A stretch of 53,651 nucleotides of DNA, taken from positions 372,001 to 425,651 of the forward strand of contig BAAIJX010000017.1 in NCBI GenBank assembly GCA_054600435.1, given 5' to 3'. A model generated the notes under the pieces. That model searched no databases. It was not told the origin of the DNA and saw only the letters and a list, made by a program, of their open reading frames with translations. This DNA comes from Neophaeotheca triangularis (lineage: Eukaryota). Shown in pieces: positions 11,463 to 22,982 of this stretch. The number at the start of each line of letters is the position of its first letter. Positions within the stretch are counted from its first letter, which is position 1. A program made the translations under genes and the position numbers.

Positions 11463-12225
11463 AGTGTAGTGTAGTGTAGTGTAGTAGTGTAGTGTTCTGG
11501 GACAGGTACTAGTGCTTTGGAGGTAGGTATGGTAAGGTAGGGTAGGGTAGGCGGTACTTGTATGACAATAACAATTCACGGAACATTGTTCCCTGCTTGC
11601 CGTCTCATCATCATTCGGGCAAGATTTCCAAATGTCCCGCGGGGGTGGAGAAAGTCGAGGCGGCGGCATGAATATGATGGATTAATTTAAGCCCGCGAGC
11701 CTCGGGGCGCATCTTGTCTTGTCTTGTCTTGTCTCGCCGTCTTGCCGAGATGCTAGGTAGGTACCTAGTAGTGGTAGTAGTAGCACCAGTAGTCAGCCTT
11801 GCGAGTAACGTTAGTATTCAGTAGTAACTAGTACAGTATGTGCTAGGAGGAATACGGCATACCCCTCCCCTACACGACACTTACCTTACCTCTACGATTT
11901 ATTCCTTCCATTTGCAGAACAGAACTGGCAGTCCCCCTTAACTTAAGCCTTGTTTCTCTCTAGTCTCTAGGTACCCTGTCATTACTAGTAGTACCTTACC
12001 TTATCCTGTACCTTACTTAGCTCCGCCCTTTAGAGTCGGCCGCCGAACGCGTGTCAATAATCCCACCTTACCATCCGCCTGCTCCCGCTATCTACTACCT
12101 CCAGGTACTTACTGCAAACAAGCTCGTCGGTCCGTCAGCCTGCATTTTAGAGCTTTGCTCGCCATTTGCCCTTTGCATCTCACGTGCCCTCTCACCTCAC
12201 CTCACCTCACCTCACCTCACCTCAC
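11463..12225. repeat. Intergenic microsatellite cluster: about (AGTGT)6 at 11463-11495, (TCTTG)4 at 11712-11731, TAG/GTA-rich tracts at 11750-12020, (CTCAC)7 at 12191-12225
   Basis: Read directly from the sequence. Confidence 0.85.
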
Positions 12226-12409
12226 CTTCACCTGGCATAAGCTACCACTTGCTCTTCAACTGCTTCCTGACAATTCCCCCCACCACCATCGCCCGGACGT
12301 GGCGCCGCTTCCATGACCTTGTCCGGCAACCCTCAAACATAGCCACGTCTGTCCATTGGAATCTCGTATGACACTCACCGGCTGAGTTGCAGTAGTACCC
12401 TTCGCCATC

Positions 12410-15103
12410 ATGGGTAACAGCTCTTCCAAAGACACTCGCCCTCCTTCGCGGCCGGAAAGCGTCCGACACGCCTCCTCCCAGGCTTCTCCCGGTCAACCAG
12501 CACAAGGCCAAACCCCCGGCGAACGTCATCTAGTCTACGGCTCTCGCAATGCTGGTGGTCGAGGCAGTAGACCCGATCTTTCATTCTTGGGTCTTGGCAG
12601 GGATCGCGAAGAGGGTGCTGCGGCCAATGAACGGCCTAGGGAGACAAAACAAGAGAAGGAGGCCAGGAGGGCGGAAAAGGAGAGGGTAGCGCGGGAGAAG
12701 GAGCGGGAGCGGAGTATGCGCGAAGAGGGTGTGGATGGAGGCTACTTGGTCACCTTGGGCACGTACACGGGACCAGAGGACTACAGCAAACCTGTCGTGA
12801 GACAACTGCAAATTGAACGCAGACTGGCGCCTTTCTGGAAGGGACTCAACGACCACTCCGAATCTTGGGCTGAGCATCAGCTCGTAGCTGCTGCTCGCGG
12901 TCTGCCCATCCCCGCCGCGGATGAGGTATCCGCCGAGATGTCCCGTTCAGGATCGCAAGCCTCAAGTAACAACAAGCCCGAAGCCTCCGAGAGTATGCTC
13001 AGTAAACTAACGGTTCCAATCAAATCGCGCTCGCAATCGTATCAGTCTGACACCTCCGGACACCTATCACCCTCTCACCCGGCCTTCTCTTCCTCCTCAG
13101 GACCCTCGTCTCCCCCTGCCACGACCTCTTCAAGCAACCCACTCTTCCGAGGCCGCGCCAAAACTTTGGCATCCCTCACGACAGGGTCAAAAAGCCAATC
13201 GCCTGATCTAACGCCGCAAGAGACTCGTTTGCCTTATGAACCCAACTACAATTGCCAGCCCGTCGAGGCGTACCTTTACAAAGATGCGTCGGAATGTCCC
13301 ATTTGCTTCCTGTATTATCCCCCCTATCTGAACAAGACGAGATGCTGCGATCAACCCATTTGCTCAGAATGCTTCGTTCAGATCAAGCGACCGGACCCGC
13401 ATCCACCTGAGCATGAGCAGCCTGGACAGCAACGGCCGCCTGAGGAAGAAGCCGAGTTGCTCGTATCCGAGATCGCTTCCTGTCCGTTCTGCGTGACGCC
13501 CGAGTTTGGTGTGACGTACGAACCTCCGCCTTTTAGAAGAGGGCTAGCCTATGCCAACCAGGGTCGCAGGAATCCTCTGTCAGACGGAACTTCAGCCATG
13601 TCTTCCTCTACATCTTTGCAATCAACGAGTCAACGCAGAAGGACTACTTCGATTTCCGCAACCGCGCCTCAAGTCATCACTACGGACCGCGTGCGACCAG
13701 ACTGGGCGAAGAAGCTATCTGATGCTCGTGCGCACGCTCTACGACGATCTGCTGCCGCAACGGCGCTGCACAACGCAGCGTATGTCCTTGGCAACAACGG
13801 GGAGCCACAGTCACGCACTTTTGGCCTGGGCAGACGGCGGAGAGCGACGTTGTTTGGCGACAGTCCTGGCGCAAGTGGCAGTGGCACGCCAAGACAACCC
13901 GAAGGTACGAGTCTAGCAATATATCGTGCGAGTAGAACGCGAGCTAACCGAGACTGAGGTGGTGAAGGAGAAGGGCCCAACCTTGCCAGTAGGCGAAGAA
14001 ATCGGGTCGAGGATCTTGAAGATCTCATGATGATGGAGGCCATACGGTTGTCGCTCGCCGCAGAAGAAGACCGGGCACGGAAAGACAACAAGGCCAACGC
14101 AAAGGCCGAAAAGAAGCGTGAGAAAGAAGCTCGAAAAGAGGAAAAGAAGGCCGAAAAACTGGCCAAGAAGAACGGGGGCTCTAGTAGTGCTCTCTACCTG
14201 ACAGGCGCGAACGACAGCACAAGTACGTACGACAGCACTCCAATGGCTCGATCAACAAGCAATCTCGGTTCTCAGCAGCCGGTCATGCCGGAAGAACAAG
14301 TCCAGGGCAAAGGCAAAGCCCCTGCACAGGACTTTGCAGGCTTCAACCCCCTGTCGGAGCCCAGTTCTACCCTCAACAGACAGTCCAACGATGACGATGA
14401 CGGCAAATCGAGCTCCAACTCTGGCGTCAAGGACGACCCTCAGCGACACCTCGAAGCTCAACGTGCAAACCTCCAACCCGCGGCCTCTTCCCCGCTACAG
14501 ACCCCGGCGGTTCGTCCAAGCCACCTTCGCGAACTGTCGAATGCCTCGTCAACCGCCTCGTCTTTGGGCGATTCGGGTCCAGACAGTCTGCGAGCAGACT
14601 CCAATCTGCCATCGACCAGTGGCAGTGGATTGGACATCTCGACCGCAACGCAAACCGAGAACACGGGTGCCAGATCCGGGACGCCACCGCCTGGAGCAGC
14701 TGGCCTCGAATCCATGTTCAATTTCCGCTCTCTAGCAGCAATGATTGGCGAAGAAACCGAAAAGAACCACGAGAGCGAGCATTGCGAAGACGCACCCGCA
14801 GCTTCTTCGGGCGCTGAAGAGCGGCTGAAAGAATCGAGTGCGACTGTGTCAGCCGTTGGCAACTTGGACGGCAACCGCAGCAGAGGTGACAGCGGGGAGA
14901 GCAGTAGTAGCGCGCCGCCGCCCATTTACGTAGAAGCCTCACCCGGCGTCGACGGCGGCGCGCAGGGCGAAGAGAAGCACGACGACGACGAGATAAGCGC
15001 CGCGCCCCCTGCCGCGGCTAGATTGATCCACGACGTCGATCAGAAGCATGTCGGTGACGTGAATGTCCTCGACCGAGGGCACCCGCGCGAAGCTGCACAG
15101 TAG
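12410..15103 (+). CDS. sip5: Sip5-like protein (Snf1/Reg1-associated; RING-like zinc finger and UIM-like motif), about 876-879 aa, 2 exons
   Basis: Myristoylation-type start [85 protein letters not shown]. Intron from 13905 (GTACGA, branch GCTAAC 13943-13948) to 13958 or 13967 removes the in-frame TGA at 13955-13957. Confidence 0.9.
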
Positions 15104-15649
15104 AGGACGGAACGACTTCAATTTGCGCTTGCTTGAACCGAAAGCGTGCTCAAGGGAGGGAGGCTGGTTTCACGACTCTCATTTGGCGTACAAGACGGGA
15201 AGGGATATACCAAGGCGTTTATTGGGGGCCGAGAAGGGCTGGCTGCCGCATACGAATGGTCTGGGCCGAGCACTATGCCTTGCTCTGTGGCATAGAGTGC
15301 ACACTTATCTATTTTCCAAAACGGAGGTTCGCCTCGTCTATTGTGGTTTTTCTACTATTTCACATCTTTGCAAGTACTCCTGTCGCACAAGCGAGTCTTT
15401 TTTATCCTTGGCGAGTCGGACCGGATCATTACTTGCTCGCTCTTTCTTTCGACTCGCCCAAGGTCGCTGTTTCCTTTGCCCTCTTTAAGCAGGCACAAGT
15501 CGTAGTCAGATCCACGGCTGTTGAGGTATCGCAGCTCGAACGGCTCCAGCTGTCATCCCAGCGAACCTCATCATAACCATCCAACAAACTCCTACGCCTC
15601 CTATAACGAACAACACCATTACTACCAACACGCTCACCAAAACAACCGA

Positions 15650-17245
15650 ATGGATCGAGCAGCCTCAAACAACAACCTCCCGACCCCCTCCCGAGAAACA
15701 CCAAACCAAACGGTCAGCGACCCAAATGTCCCCAAATCCACACCCCGACCCTACAAACCCCCGCCCTCGTCAAGAGTTCCTCTCAAATCCCCCCCAGCCA
15801 GCCCCGCTACCACTTCCCTCTCCACCCCGGCGCACATCCGTACTCCTCACTCCGTTTACCGCTTGCAACCGGAGCGGCCCGCGAAACCGAAGACGATGAC
15901 AGACAGCCGCACCCGTTATGGCAACCGTTACGGTCACGGCCACGGTCATGGGTACGTTCGCAGTCACGGCCGCACCTACCGCGACCCCTCGGCCCGCCGC
16001 CGGCGGCAAGCTGCCCTGGGCGAGACGCGCGTGAGTCGTCAGACTGTTGTTTCTGCTGAGGGGGAGTGGGGGTTGGTTTGGGAAGAGGAGGAGGGGGAGA
16101 GCGATGGTGGTAGTGATGGTGGGGGTAGCGAGGAGGGGGGTAGCTGGGTTGGGGAGGGCGGTGGGGTTTTTGGTTCTGGGAGGGATTTGTCGAGGGAGTT
16201 GGAGCTTGAGGGGGAGGAAGGGCGGTTTGCGCCTAGGGGGACGATGGTGGAGGGGGCTTGGGAGGGGGTGGGGACGAGGGTTGGGGGGTTTGTGTGGGGG
16301 GTTGGGGAGGGGGGTGGTGGGTTGGGTTTGGAAGGGAGTCCCGAGGGGAGTGGGAAGGGTTCGAGCAGTTGTGTTGTTGAGGTGGGGAGTCCTGGGGAGA
16401 GAGGAGGGGAGGGCATGGAGTTTGGTGGTTCGATGGGGGAGGGAGATTGCGAGGACGAGGGTTCTGACCTTGGAAACGAAGATGAAGACGAAGATGCGCC
16501 GCTGTCGCTCCCTCGCTCCGGACGGAATGTCAGCTTACCTCTCGACTCTGACCTGGACGAGCTGATTGGAGATGCGGACATTTCAGACGAACGCGAGGAC
16601 CCCACGGACGACGACGACGACCTGCTCAGCATCGCTTTCACGCGCCGCATCGCGACCCTCCCACTCGACAGCGAAGATCTCGAGACCTCTGAGCCGCTCA
16701 CTCTCGACTTTGACCCTCTACAAGACGACGGAGGAATCCCGCCTTCCGGCAAAGAAGACGACAACGACGAATCCACGCCCCTGCACCACTTCCCCACCCG
16801 CCACCGCAGCCGTACCCTCGCCCACCCCTACCGCGACAGCGACCGCACGCCCTCACCCACCTCCAACTGCGACCACCCAAACCCCCGCCCCCACCGCGCC
16901 AGCAGCCTCCCCTTAGGTCTCGCGCCACCGCACCGCCAACTCTCCAACCTCGCGGCCGAAGACACTCTCTCCCAGCGCCACCGCGACAGTTTCGAACTCA
17001 TCAGAAGCCGGTTGCGAGGGGGGTGCCCCCGAAACCGAGGGGTAAGCAGCGGGGCCGTGGAGATTCCTGGCAGGTTTTCCCGGAGACCGTCGGGGGAGGG
17101 AGAGGGGCAGTTGAGCACGATTTGGGACGCTTCGCCGCCGGTGTTGGGGTGGCGGGGAGGGGAAGGGCAGCCGGCAGGGGGATGGGAGGGAGGACGGGGT
17201 GGCTGTGTGGGAAGAGGGGGCCGGGATGTTGAGAGCTGGGGTTGA
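15650..17245 (+). CDS. Hypothetical low-complexity protein, about 531 aa (Pro/Ser-, Gly/Glu- and Asp-rich blocks)
   Basis: Long uninterrupted ORF from the first ATG at 15650 (AACCGAATG). Non-repetitive islands such as HRDSFELIRSRL and LSTIWDASPP. No domain recognised. Confidence 0.55.
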   Translation: MDRAASNNNLPTPSRETPNQTVSDPNVPKSTPRPYKPPPSSRVPLKSPPASPATTSLSTPAHIRTPHSVYRLQPERPAKPKTMTDSRTRYGNRYGHGHGHGYVRSHGRTYRDPSARRRRQAALGETRVSRQTVVSAEGEWGLVWEEEEGESDGGSDGGGSEEGGSWVGEGGGVFGSGRDLSRELELEGEEGRFAPRGTMVEGAWEGVGTRVGGFVWGVGEGGGGLGLEGSPEGSGKGSSSCVVEVGSPGERGGEGMEFGGSMGEGDCEDEGSDLGNEDEDEDAPLSLPRSGRNVSLPLDSDLDELIGDADISDEREDPTDDDDDLLSIAFTRRIATLPLDSEDLETSEPLTLDFDPLQDDGGIPPSGKEDDNDESTPLHHFPTRHRSRTLAHPYRDSDRTPSPTSNCDHPNPRPHRASSLPLGLAPPHRQLSNLAAEDTLSQRHRDSFELIRSRLRGGCPRNRGVSSGAVEIPGRFSRRPSGEGEGQLSTIWDASPPVLGWRGGEGQPAGGWEGGRGGCVGRGGRDVESWG

Positions 17246-17751
17246 TTGGGGATCTCGAATTGAACAAGGGAGCGGGCGCGTGCTTGACTGTTAGTCTGTT
17301 GTAGGCCTGGAAGTTGCTTTGTTGCCAACGAATACTGCGCAAGTTCTTGGGGCAAGTAGACGATGCTCTAGAGTTTCTCGCTCTCGATGGAAGGATCATC
17401 AACCGCAAGCTCGAGTCTCGGTGCCAGTGGCATTACTTTTGCAATCATACTGCCATGTCTCCTCGAAAGCGGGAGGATATATGTGTCGTCCAATTCCCGA
17501 CTTTGAGTGAGGAGAAGAGGCCTAAATTTGTTTGCTTGATAGGTTTCCCACTTATGAGCGAGGAGTACAGAAGCAATCGGCTCGGGCTGAGACAACAATA
17601 ACAGCGCCTAATTGCTTCAGCTTGCTTCAGCTCTGCTTTACAACTATCGCCCTAAACAAGACACCGCGGTGCAAAACCCCAGAAACCATCATCCACGCTC
17701 CAACGCCGCGCTAACTCAAAAGAATACCCCATCATACATCCGTTCTCCACT

Positions 17752-19239
17752 TCACGCATTCCCACTGCCCCCGGCTTGCGCTGCCTGCGCTGCCTCCCTC
17801 CTCTTCTGCGCCTGATTCTTGAAGTACGCGCCCATCTGGTCCATGCGGCTAACAAAAAAGCTGCCCTTGTGCTTAAACTCTTTCCTCAGCACCCCCAACG
17901 CTTCAGCATACCTGACAGCCCTTTCGTAATCCTCTTCGTTTCCCACGTCACGGATGAGATAGCCGCGCCAGGCCGTCATACGCTCGCCCTCGATCTGCCA
18001 GAGCCGGATCTGATCCACGACGGTGGGTGGGAGGAGTGGGGCGCCGACGCGCATGTGCTGGGCGCGCAGGACTGGGTGTGCGTGTGTGGTAAGGTAGGCG
18101 ACGATTTGGTCGGAGGTGATGCCTGCTACTATGGCGTTTTGGACGGAGGTTTTTGTGATTTTGGCCGTGAACATGTTGGGGAAGCGGGTGTGGAGGGTGG
18201 CGAAGAGGGAGATGATGGAGGTCAGGAGTGGGGAGGAAGTGTAGGCGTAAAGCCGGTAGTTGGTTTCGACTACAATGTAGCCTTTTTCGTCGTGAGAGGA
18301 GGGGGCCGAGGGGTTGTCTTGCGTGCCTACTGTGGTTGCTGTGAGAGAGCTGTTGGGTAAGGCAGGAGCATCCGAGGTCAGGGTGGTGGCTAAGCGAGTC
18401 GGGTAGTATCGTGTGTCGTCCGAGGAGCGTCGGTAGACGAGTCCGAAGTCGGAGAGGTCCTCGAGCATCTGCTGCTGCGTCGACGTGAGGTTGGAAGTGC
18501 TGTACGAGACGCCGAGCTCGAGGGAGCCAAGCGTGAAGAGGAACGACAGTACGTCCACCGGATCCATTTGCAGCTCATTCGCTAGCTCCAAGTATACAAT
18601 CAACAGCGTCCAGATTTGCGCGTTGACTTCTTGCAACAGAAAGGTAAACCCGGCCTGAGTGATCCTGGCGTTCTTGCCAACCACCTGAACAAACTCCCCA
18701 TTCTGCAGCAACTGCTTCGTGCCAGCACTAATCTCGACCTGTCCACCCAAGCCAGCACTCGCGCTGCCAACAACATAGTATGGTATAGACTCCCACTGCT
18801 TCCTGGCAAACGCATCCAAAAACTCCACACCCACTTGCTTCTCATCGGGAGTCGAGCACGGCACGCCAAAACTCCTATGCTGTCCACCCCCCGTCAAAGC
18901 CAACCGCAAGCTCTTAGCAAAACCCTCCGACAGTTTGTACGCCGGCCGTCCCGCCGAATCGTGCGTATCAAACAGCACGCGCAACCTCTGCAGAATGCTC
19001 AGAGCGCGATCGCGTGCCTGGATGCTCTCGGCATCCGTCTTGACCCAAGTGTCGAGATCCGCCACTGCCAGGGGCGTGGGCATGTACAGCATGGCCATGA
19101 CGAGCGTCTTTGCGAGGTGCGTGAGCATGCGGCGGAAAATGGCGAGGGCGGTGCTGGGCTGTTGGTAGAGCTTTGTGAAGGTGGTGCCGGGGAGTTGCTC
19201 TAGGTAGTCCAGAGCCCGCTGGGAGGCGGTGGAAGACAT
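17752..19239 (-). CDS. tfb2: TFIIH subunit Tfb2/p52, 495 aa, single exon
   Basis: KLYQQPSTALAIFRRML; ITQAGFTFLLQEVNAQIW; YYPTRLAT; GYIVVETNYRLYAYT; AIVAGITSDQIVAYL; LPPTVVDQIRLWQIE. Confidence 0.96.
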   Translation of the reverse strand: MSSTASQRALDYLEQLPGTTFTKLYQQPSTALAIFRRMLTHLAKTLVMAMLYMPTPLAVADLDTWVKTDAESIQARDRALSILQRLRVLFDTHDSAGRPAYKLSEGFAKSLRLALTGGGQHRSFGVPCSTPDEKQVGVEFLDAFARKQWESIPYYVVGSASAGLGGQVEISAGTKQLLQNGEFVQVVGKNARITQAGFTFLLQEVNAQIWTLLIVYLELANELQMDPVDVLSFLFTLGSLELGVSYSTSNLTSTQQQMLEDLSDFGLVYRRSSDDTRYYPTRLATTLTSDAPALPNSSLTATTVGTQDNPSAPSSHDEKGYIVVETNYRLYAYTSSPLLTSIISLFATLHTRFPNMFTAKITKTSVQNAIVAGITSDQIVAYLTTHAHPVLRAQHMRVGAPLLPPTVVDQIRLWQIEGERMTAWRGYLIRDVGNEEDYERAVRYAEALGVLRKEFKHKGSFFVSRMDQMGAYFKNQAQKRREAAQAAQAGGSGNA

Positions 19240-20615
19240 GTTGATGAAGTTGCTGAGTCGTTATATTGTTCTTGGGCTTGTTGATATGCTGCGCGCAAGG
19301 AGCGCGATGGGGAGTCGTTCAAGCCATGGCTAGTTGTAGGAGTGAAGTCGTAATGTATGTCTGTGAAGTTCGGGGGAGTGGAAAAGGCGGCTTCCTATTG
19401 GACGATATGTCTATACGCTAGCCGTGGTACGAGTTTTCTCCAACCTAGTAGTAGATGTAGTATCGGAAGTAGTTGGTAAACTAAGGTAGTATTCGAACTA
19501 GTATATAACCACCTAGAGGTTCTTACGGTCAGATCGAAAAGCCCACTCTAACTCTCGTTCGCATCTATGTTCCCATCATGTCCCCTAGGATCCGCTGCAT
19601 AAGGCAATATAGCGCTCACCCATCACCTTGGACACGGCGGCGGTGAACTGGAACGCAAAGACCAACAAGTAGGACCAAAGTGCACTACCAATCGAGCACA
19701 ATGTAAATCACAACACTGACAACGAGAAGACGACGACGCCACCGGCCTTGGTACATCTTCTACATAAACCCTATCCCAACCGAAGAGAGCTCAGAACCAC
19801 AAAGGCACAGCTCCGTCCGTTTATACCATCGAGACATAGTCGGAAACAAACTGCATGTTCACGTAGTAAAAGTGCCGGCAAGTCAGCCTTCGATACGACA
19901 AGATCCACTAATGCCCCAAGGCAAGGCATTGCGACGAAGCGAGATCGAAGGGGTTCCGCAACCGCTGGTACCGTCCGCATATCCGTCATCTCGTCCCAGC
20001 TGCAGAAGGCCAAAAGCCCCATTTTCACGTCTCCATTAAACGCAAGTCCATCGTTCCTATCCACGCATGCCATCCTTTTATGCCAGCCACAAAAGCCCAG
20101 CGCGAGACATCCCTTTTCCAACATTCGCAATCGCAAGCAAGTAACAGACGCCGATTGCTCTGTCCACCAGACAATCGTGTGGTATCTGAAATGTCAGTTC
20201 CATCCGCATCAAAAACTTTCAACACCCAGATCATCATCATCATCATCATCCAAAATATTGCAATCCCCCGCTTTCGAGACAATGACGCCAGTTATATAAC
20301 AGATGTGAAACCCTCCCCATCAACATCAAATTCGTAAAGATAGATCCAGCTCAACTTTCCACTGCCATCCTTTTTTGCGCTGTTCGCTTGAAGAAAGTAA
20401 ACGCCATGCTAAGACCAAGCTCAAATCGCCGGGAAAAGAAATACAACGCCGTTCGCTTGCTATGCCCCTGAATGTCCTTGATCCGCTATGTCTCTTCTTA
20501 AACTACACATGTATCTCCACTCACCAAGATGTGTTTGTTTGCCATTTCGTTCGTTCGTGCGTGCTCGTCAAATGATCGGTCGTGTCGATGCGCTTTGGGG
20601 TTGCGGGGGATACGC

Positions 20616-22982
20616 TCACTGCATGGTTCCTTGATCGGAGGGGCCATGCTCGGGAGAAAGCTCCATGCTGATGTTCCGTCGGACCAAACGGCATCCAGAG
20701 CGCGTCTGATCGGAGATTACAACGTTCTCCTCCCAGTGCATGGTCTGCACCGCATTCGTCTTCGCCGTGTGGTCGACCGCTGAATCCGCAATCCAAGCCA
20801 GCAGAGCCTGCTTGCGTCTCTTCTCGCGCTCGTTGACGACAGAACGCATAATGGAGGCGACGGTCTCGAAACCAAGACGCTGAGCCAGGACCCAGTGCTC
20901 GAGCAAACCCTTGAGAACTGGGAAGGGCAGAGACAGCAGCAGGCTCGACAGAGCGGTAATACCAATATGCGGGCGCGCCAGGTTGTCCGCCTCCATGTCT
21001 CCGAATCGAATCTTACTCAAGCGTGGGTCGGCTTGGGAGTTCTTGCGCTGGTGGGTCGCTGGCAGACTTGGAAGACGAGGGAGAATCTCCATCTGCGATT
21101 GGGAGGTGTCGAGGTAGAAGTCGGTGGGGAAGTAGTGAATGATCCAATCGAGCAGGCGCTGCTGGAACTGGACTTGGTAGATGTTGGATATAGACTCTTC
21201 GGTCCACTCTGGCTGTCTGAGGAAGTCGTTGCGGTCTTTGAGCTGCTCAACACCACCTTGGTTCTGCCAGAAGGTACTGATGCCGTGCTCGAAAGCGTAA
21301 GCGACAGCATTTGGCAAGGTGTCCCAGTACAGCAGCGCAAGAGTGATCTCCATGCCTCGCTGAGCGATTTGATCGGCCTGGAGGTAGGCCCCGGTTGCCA
21401 AGTAACGCAACGCAGTCTCGACGCGCTCGTGGTTGCCGGGCTCCAAGGGGGAAACAAGCGGCATTTGCAACAACGGACCACCGTACAGGAACCTGACAGA
21501 CTCCTTGAGTGCCTCAGCCGACTGGAAGCGGCCCTGCAGGGCGACATGAATCTGCGTCTTGAATGCTCCGGCACCGGGGGGAAGTGGAGCTGAATAGACC
21601 AACCCGCGGAGCGTTGGGCTACGAGAAATGACGATCTTATGCGCATCAAGATGACGAAGTACTCCGGTAGCTTCCTCGGTAATGTGCAGGTGGCAGTCGG
21701 AGAGCTGAGGCGTCGCGTAGTGGTAAAGGATGTGATCACGTAAGCTTTGCGCATTTTCCGTCTGGAGGAAGCGGTCGTTTGGTGGAGCTGTCGTCTGAAA
21801 ATGGTGCATTGCTTGAGGTTGCTGCTGGTGGAAAAAGGACGGATCAGGGCCAGGTGCTCCTTGAGCAGTAGGTGTTTGCCTGATCAAGTTGCCTGCTCCA
21901 TCTGCAACGACCGGGTTCTGGAAGTTCTGTTGATGGTTTAGCACTGCTGAATTGGTTGATGAACTAGGAGAAGCAGTGTGCGATACTTGAGCATGGGAAG
22001 CTCCGTTCGTAGTGTGCGAACCAGATGGCGTAAAGGGCTCACGGGGAGGGTAGCGAAAATTGGCAGGCCTTTGAGGGGAAACATAGTTTGGCTGGTAGTA
22101 CGCAGAATGGATGTCGCGCCTGATATTGTAAGGTGGTGTCTTGGTCCCGTTTGTTTGAGGGGGCGGAGCGAAGGTCGCAGGCTCATTACGGTATCCGAGC
22201 CCAGGCGGCATGTTTGGCTGTAACACAGGGGCGTCGTGCTGCTGAGGGATATGAGTAGTCTGGGGCTGGGACCTCTGAAAGTCGGAAGGAGCTGGTGAAG
22301 AATTGATCGAATCGTCGGCCCCAAAGACTATGCCATTGCTGCTCGAGTGATACATGTGGTGGGAGGGGCTGATCGACAGGGGAGCTTGGCGAAAGGAGGA
22401 CGATGTAGCAGATGGCGGTGCCGGCTGTTCTGCATTGGGAACAAATGCTGGAGGCAGCTCCGTCTTCAACTGACGCATTTCGAGTCTTTCGGCAGGATTC
22501 GCAGTTGAAGAAAATGTCTCGGTAGCGGTTGATGTGGCAGAAGGATTATGAAGCGATCGGGTATAGGACTGCTCTGTCTGGTAGCCCGTCGGCTCATCGA
22601 GACCTGTCGTGGCCGCGTCGGTAGTGCTTTCAGTAGGTACTGTAGCGACGTTTGCGGACACATCTTTGGCAAACGCAGGCATGTGGGCCAAATCCGCCTG
22701 AGAGTTCGCACTGATCACGTCGCTCTTGGGCATCGTAGGAGTGGGCGCATTGTCCTCCTGCTCGTGGCTCTTCTCAACAGCAACGGCGTCCTTCTTGTCA
22801 CTACATTTGTCCGCCTCGTCTCCCAAAGCTGTTGAGTTGACCTGCGACTTTGGTTTCGCAGCAGCGGGTTTTGGCTGGCGTTTGGTCAAAGCGAGAGGAA
22901 TGGCAGGCACGATGCGAGCGGGAGCTGGCCTGGAGCCATTGGATTGCTTGACTGGGCCATGTGAGGCATTGGGAGGTGACAT
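20616..22982 (-). CDS. Hypothetical protein, about 788 aa: long disordered N-terminus and C-terminal BTB/POZ-like domain
   Basis: ORF 20616..23264, with the likely start at Met95 (MSPPNASH, 22982). LSDCHLHI...LDAHKIVISRSPTLRGLV...VRFLYG resembles a BTB fold. IVPAIPL motif near the N-terminus. Confidence 0.8.
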   Translation of the reverse strand: MSPPNASHGPVKQSNGSRPAPARIVPAIPLALTKRQPKPAAAKPKSQVNSTALGDEADKCSDKKDAVAVEKSHEQEDNAPTPTMPKSDVISANSQADLAHMPAFAKDVSANVATVPTESTTDAATTGLDEPTGYQTEQSYTRSLHNPSATSTATETFSSTANPAERLEMRQLKTELPPAFVPNAEQPAPPSATSSSFRQAPLSISPSHHMYHSSSNGIVFGADDSINSSPAPSDFQRSQPQTTHIPQQHDAPVLQPNMPPGLGYRNEPATFAPPPQTNGTKTPPYNIRRDIHSAYYQPNYVSPQRPANFRYPPREPFTPSGSHTTNGASHAQVSHTASPSSSTNSAVLNHQQNFQNPVVADGAGNLIRQTPTAQGAPGPDPSFFHQQQPQAMHHFQTTAPPNDRFLQTENAQSLRDHILYHYATPQLSDCHLHITEEATGVLRHLDAHKIVISRSPTLRGLVYSAPLPPGAGAFKTQIHVALQGRFQSAEALKESVRFLYGGPLLQMPLVSPLEPGNHERVETALRYLATGAYLQADQIAQRGMEITLALLYWDTLPNAVAYAFEHGISTFWQNQGGVEQLKDRNDFLRQPEWTEESISNIYQVQFQQRLLDWIIHYFPTDFYLDTSQSQMEILPRLPSLPATHQRKNSQADPRLSKIRFGDMEADNLARPHIGITALSSLLLSLPFPVLKGLLEHWVLAQRLGFETVASIMRSVVNEREKRRKQALLAWIADSAVDHTAKTNAVQTMHWEENVVISDQTRSGCRLVRRNISMELSPEHGPSDQGTMQ

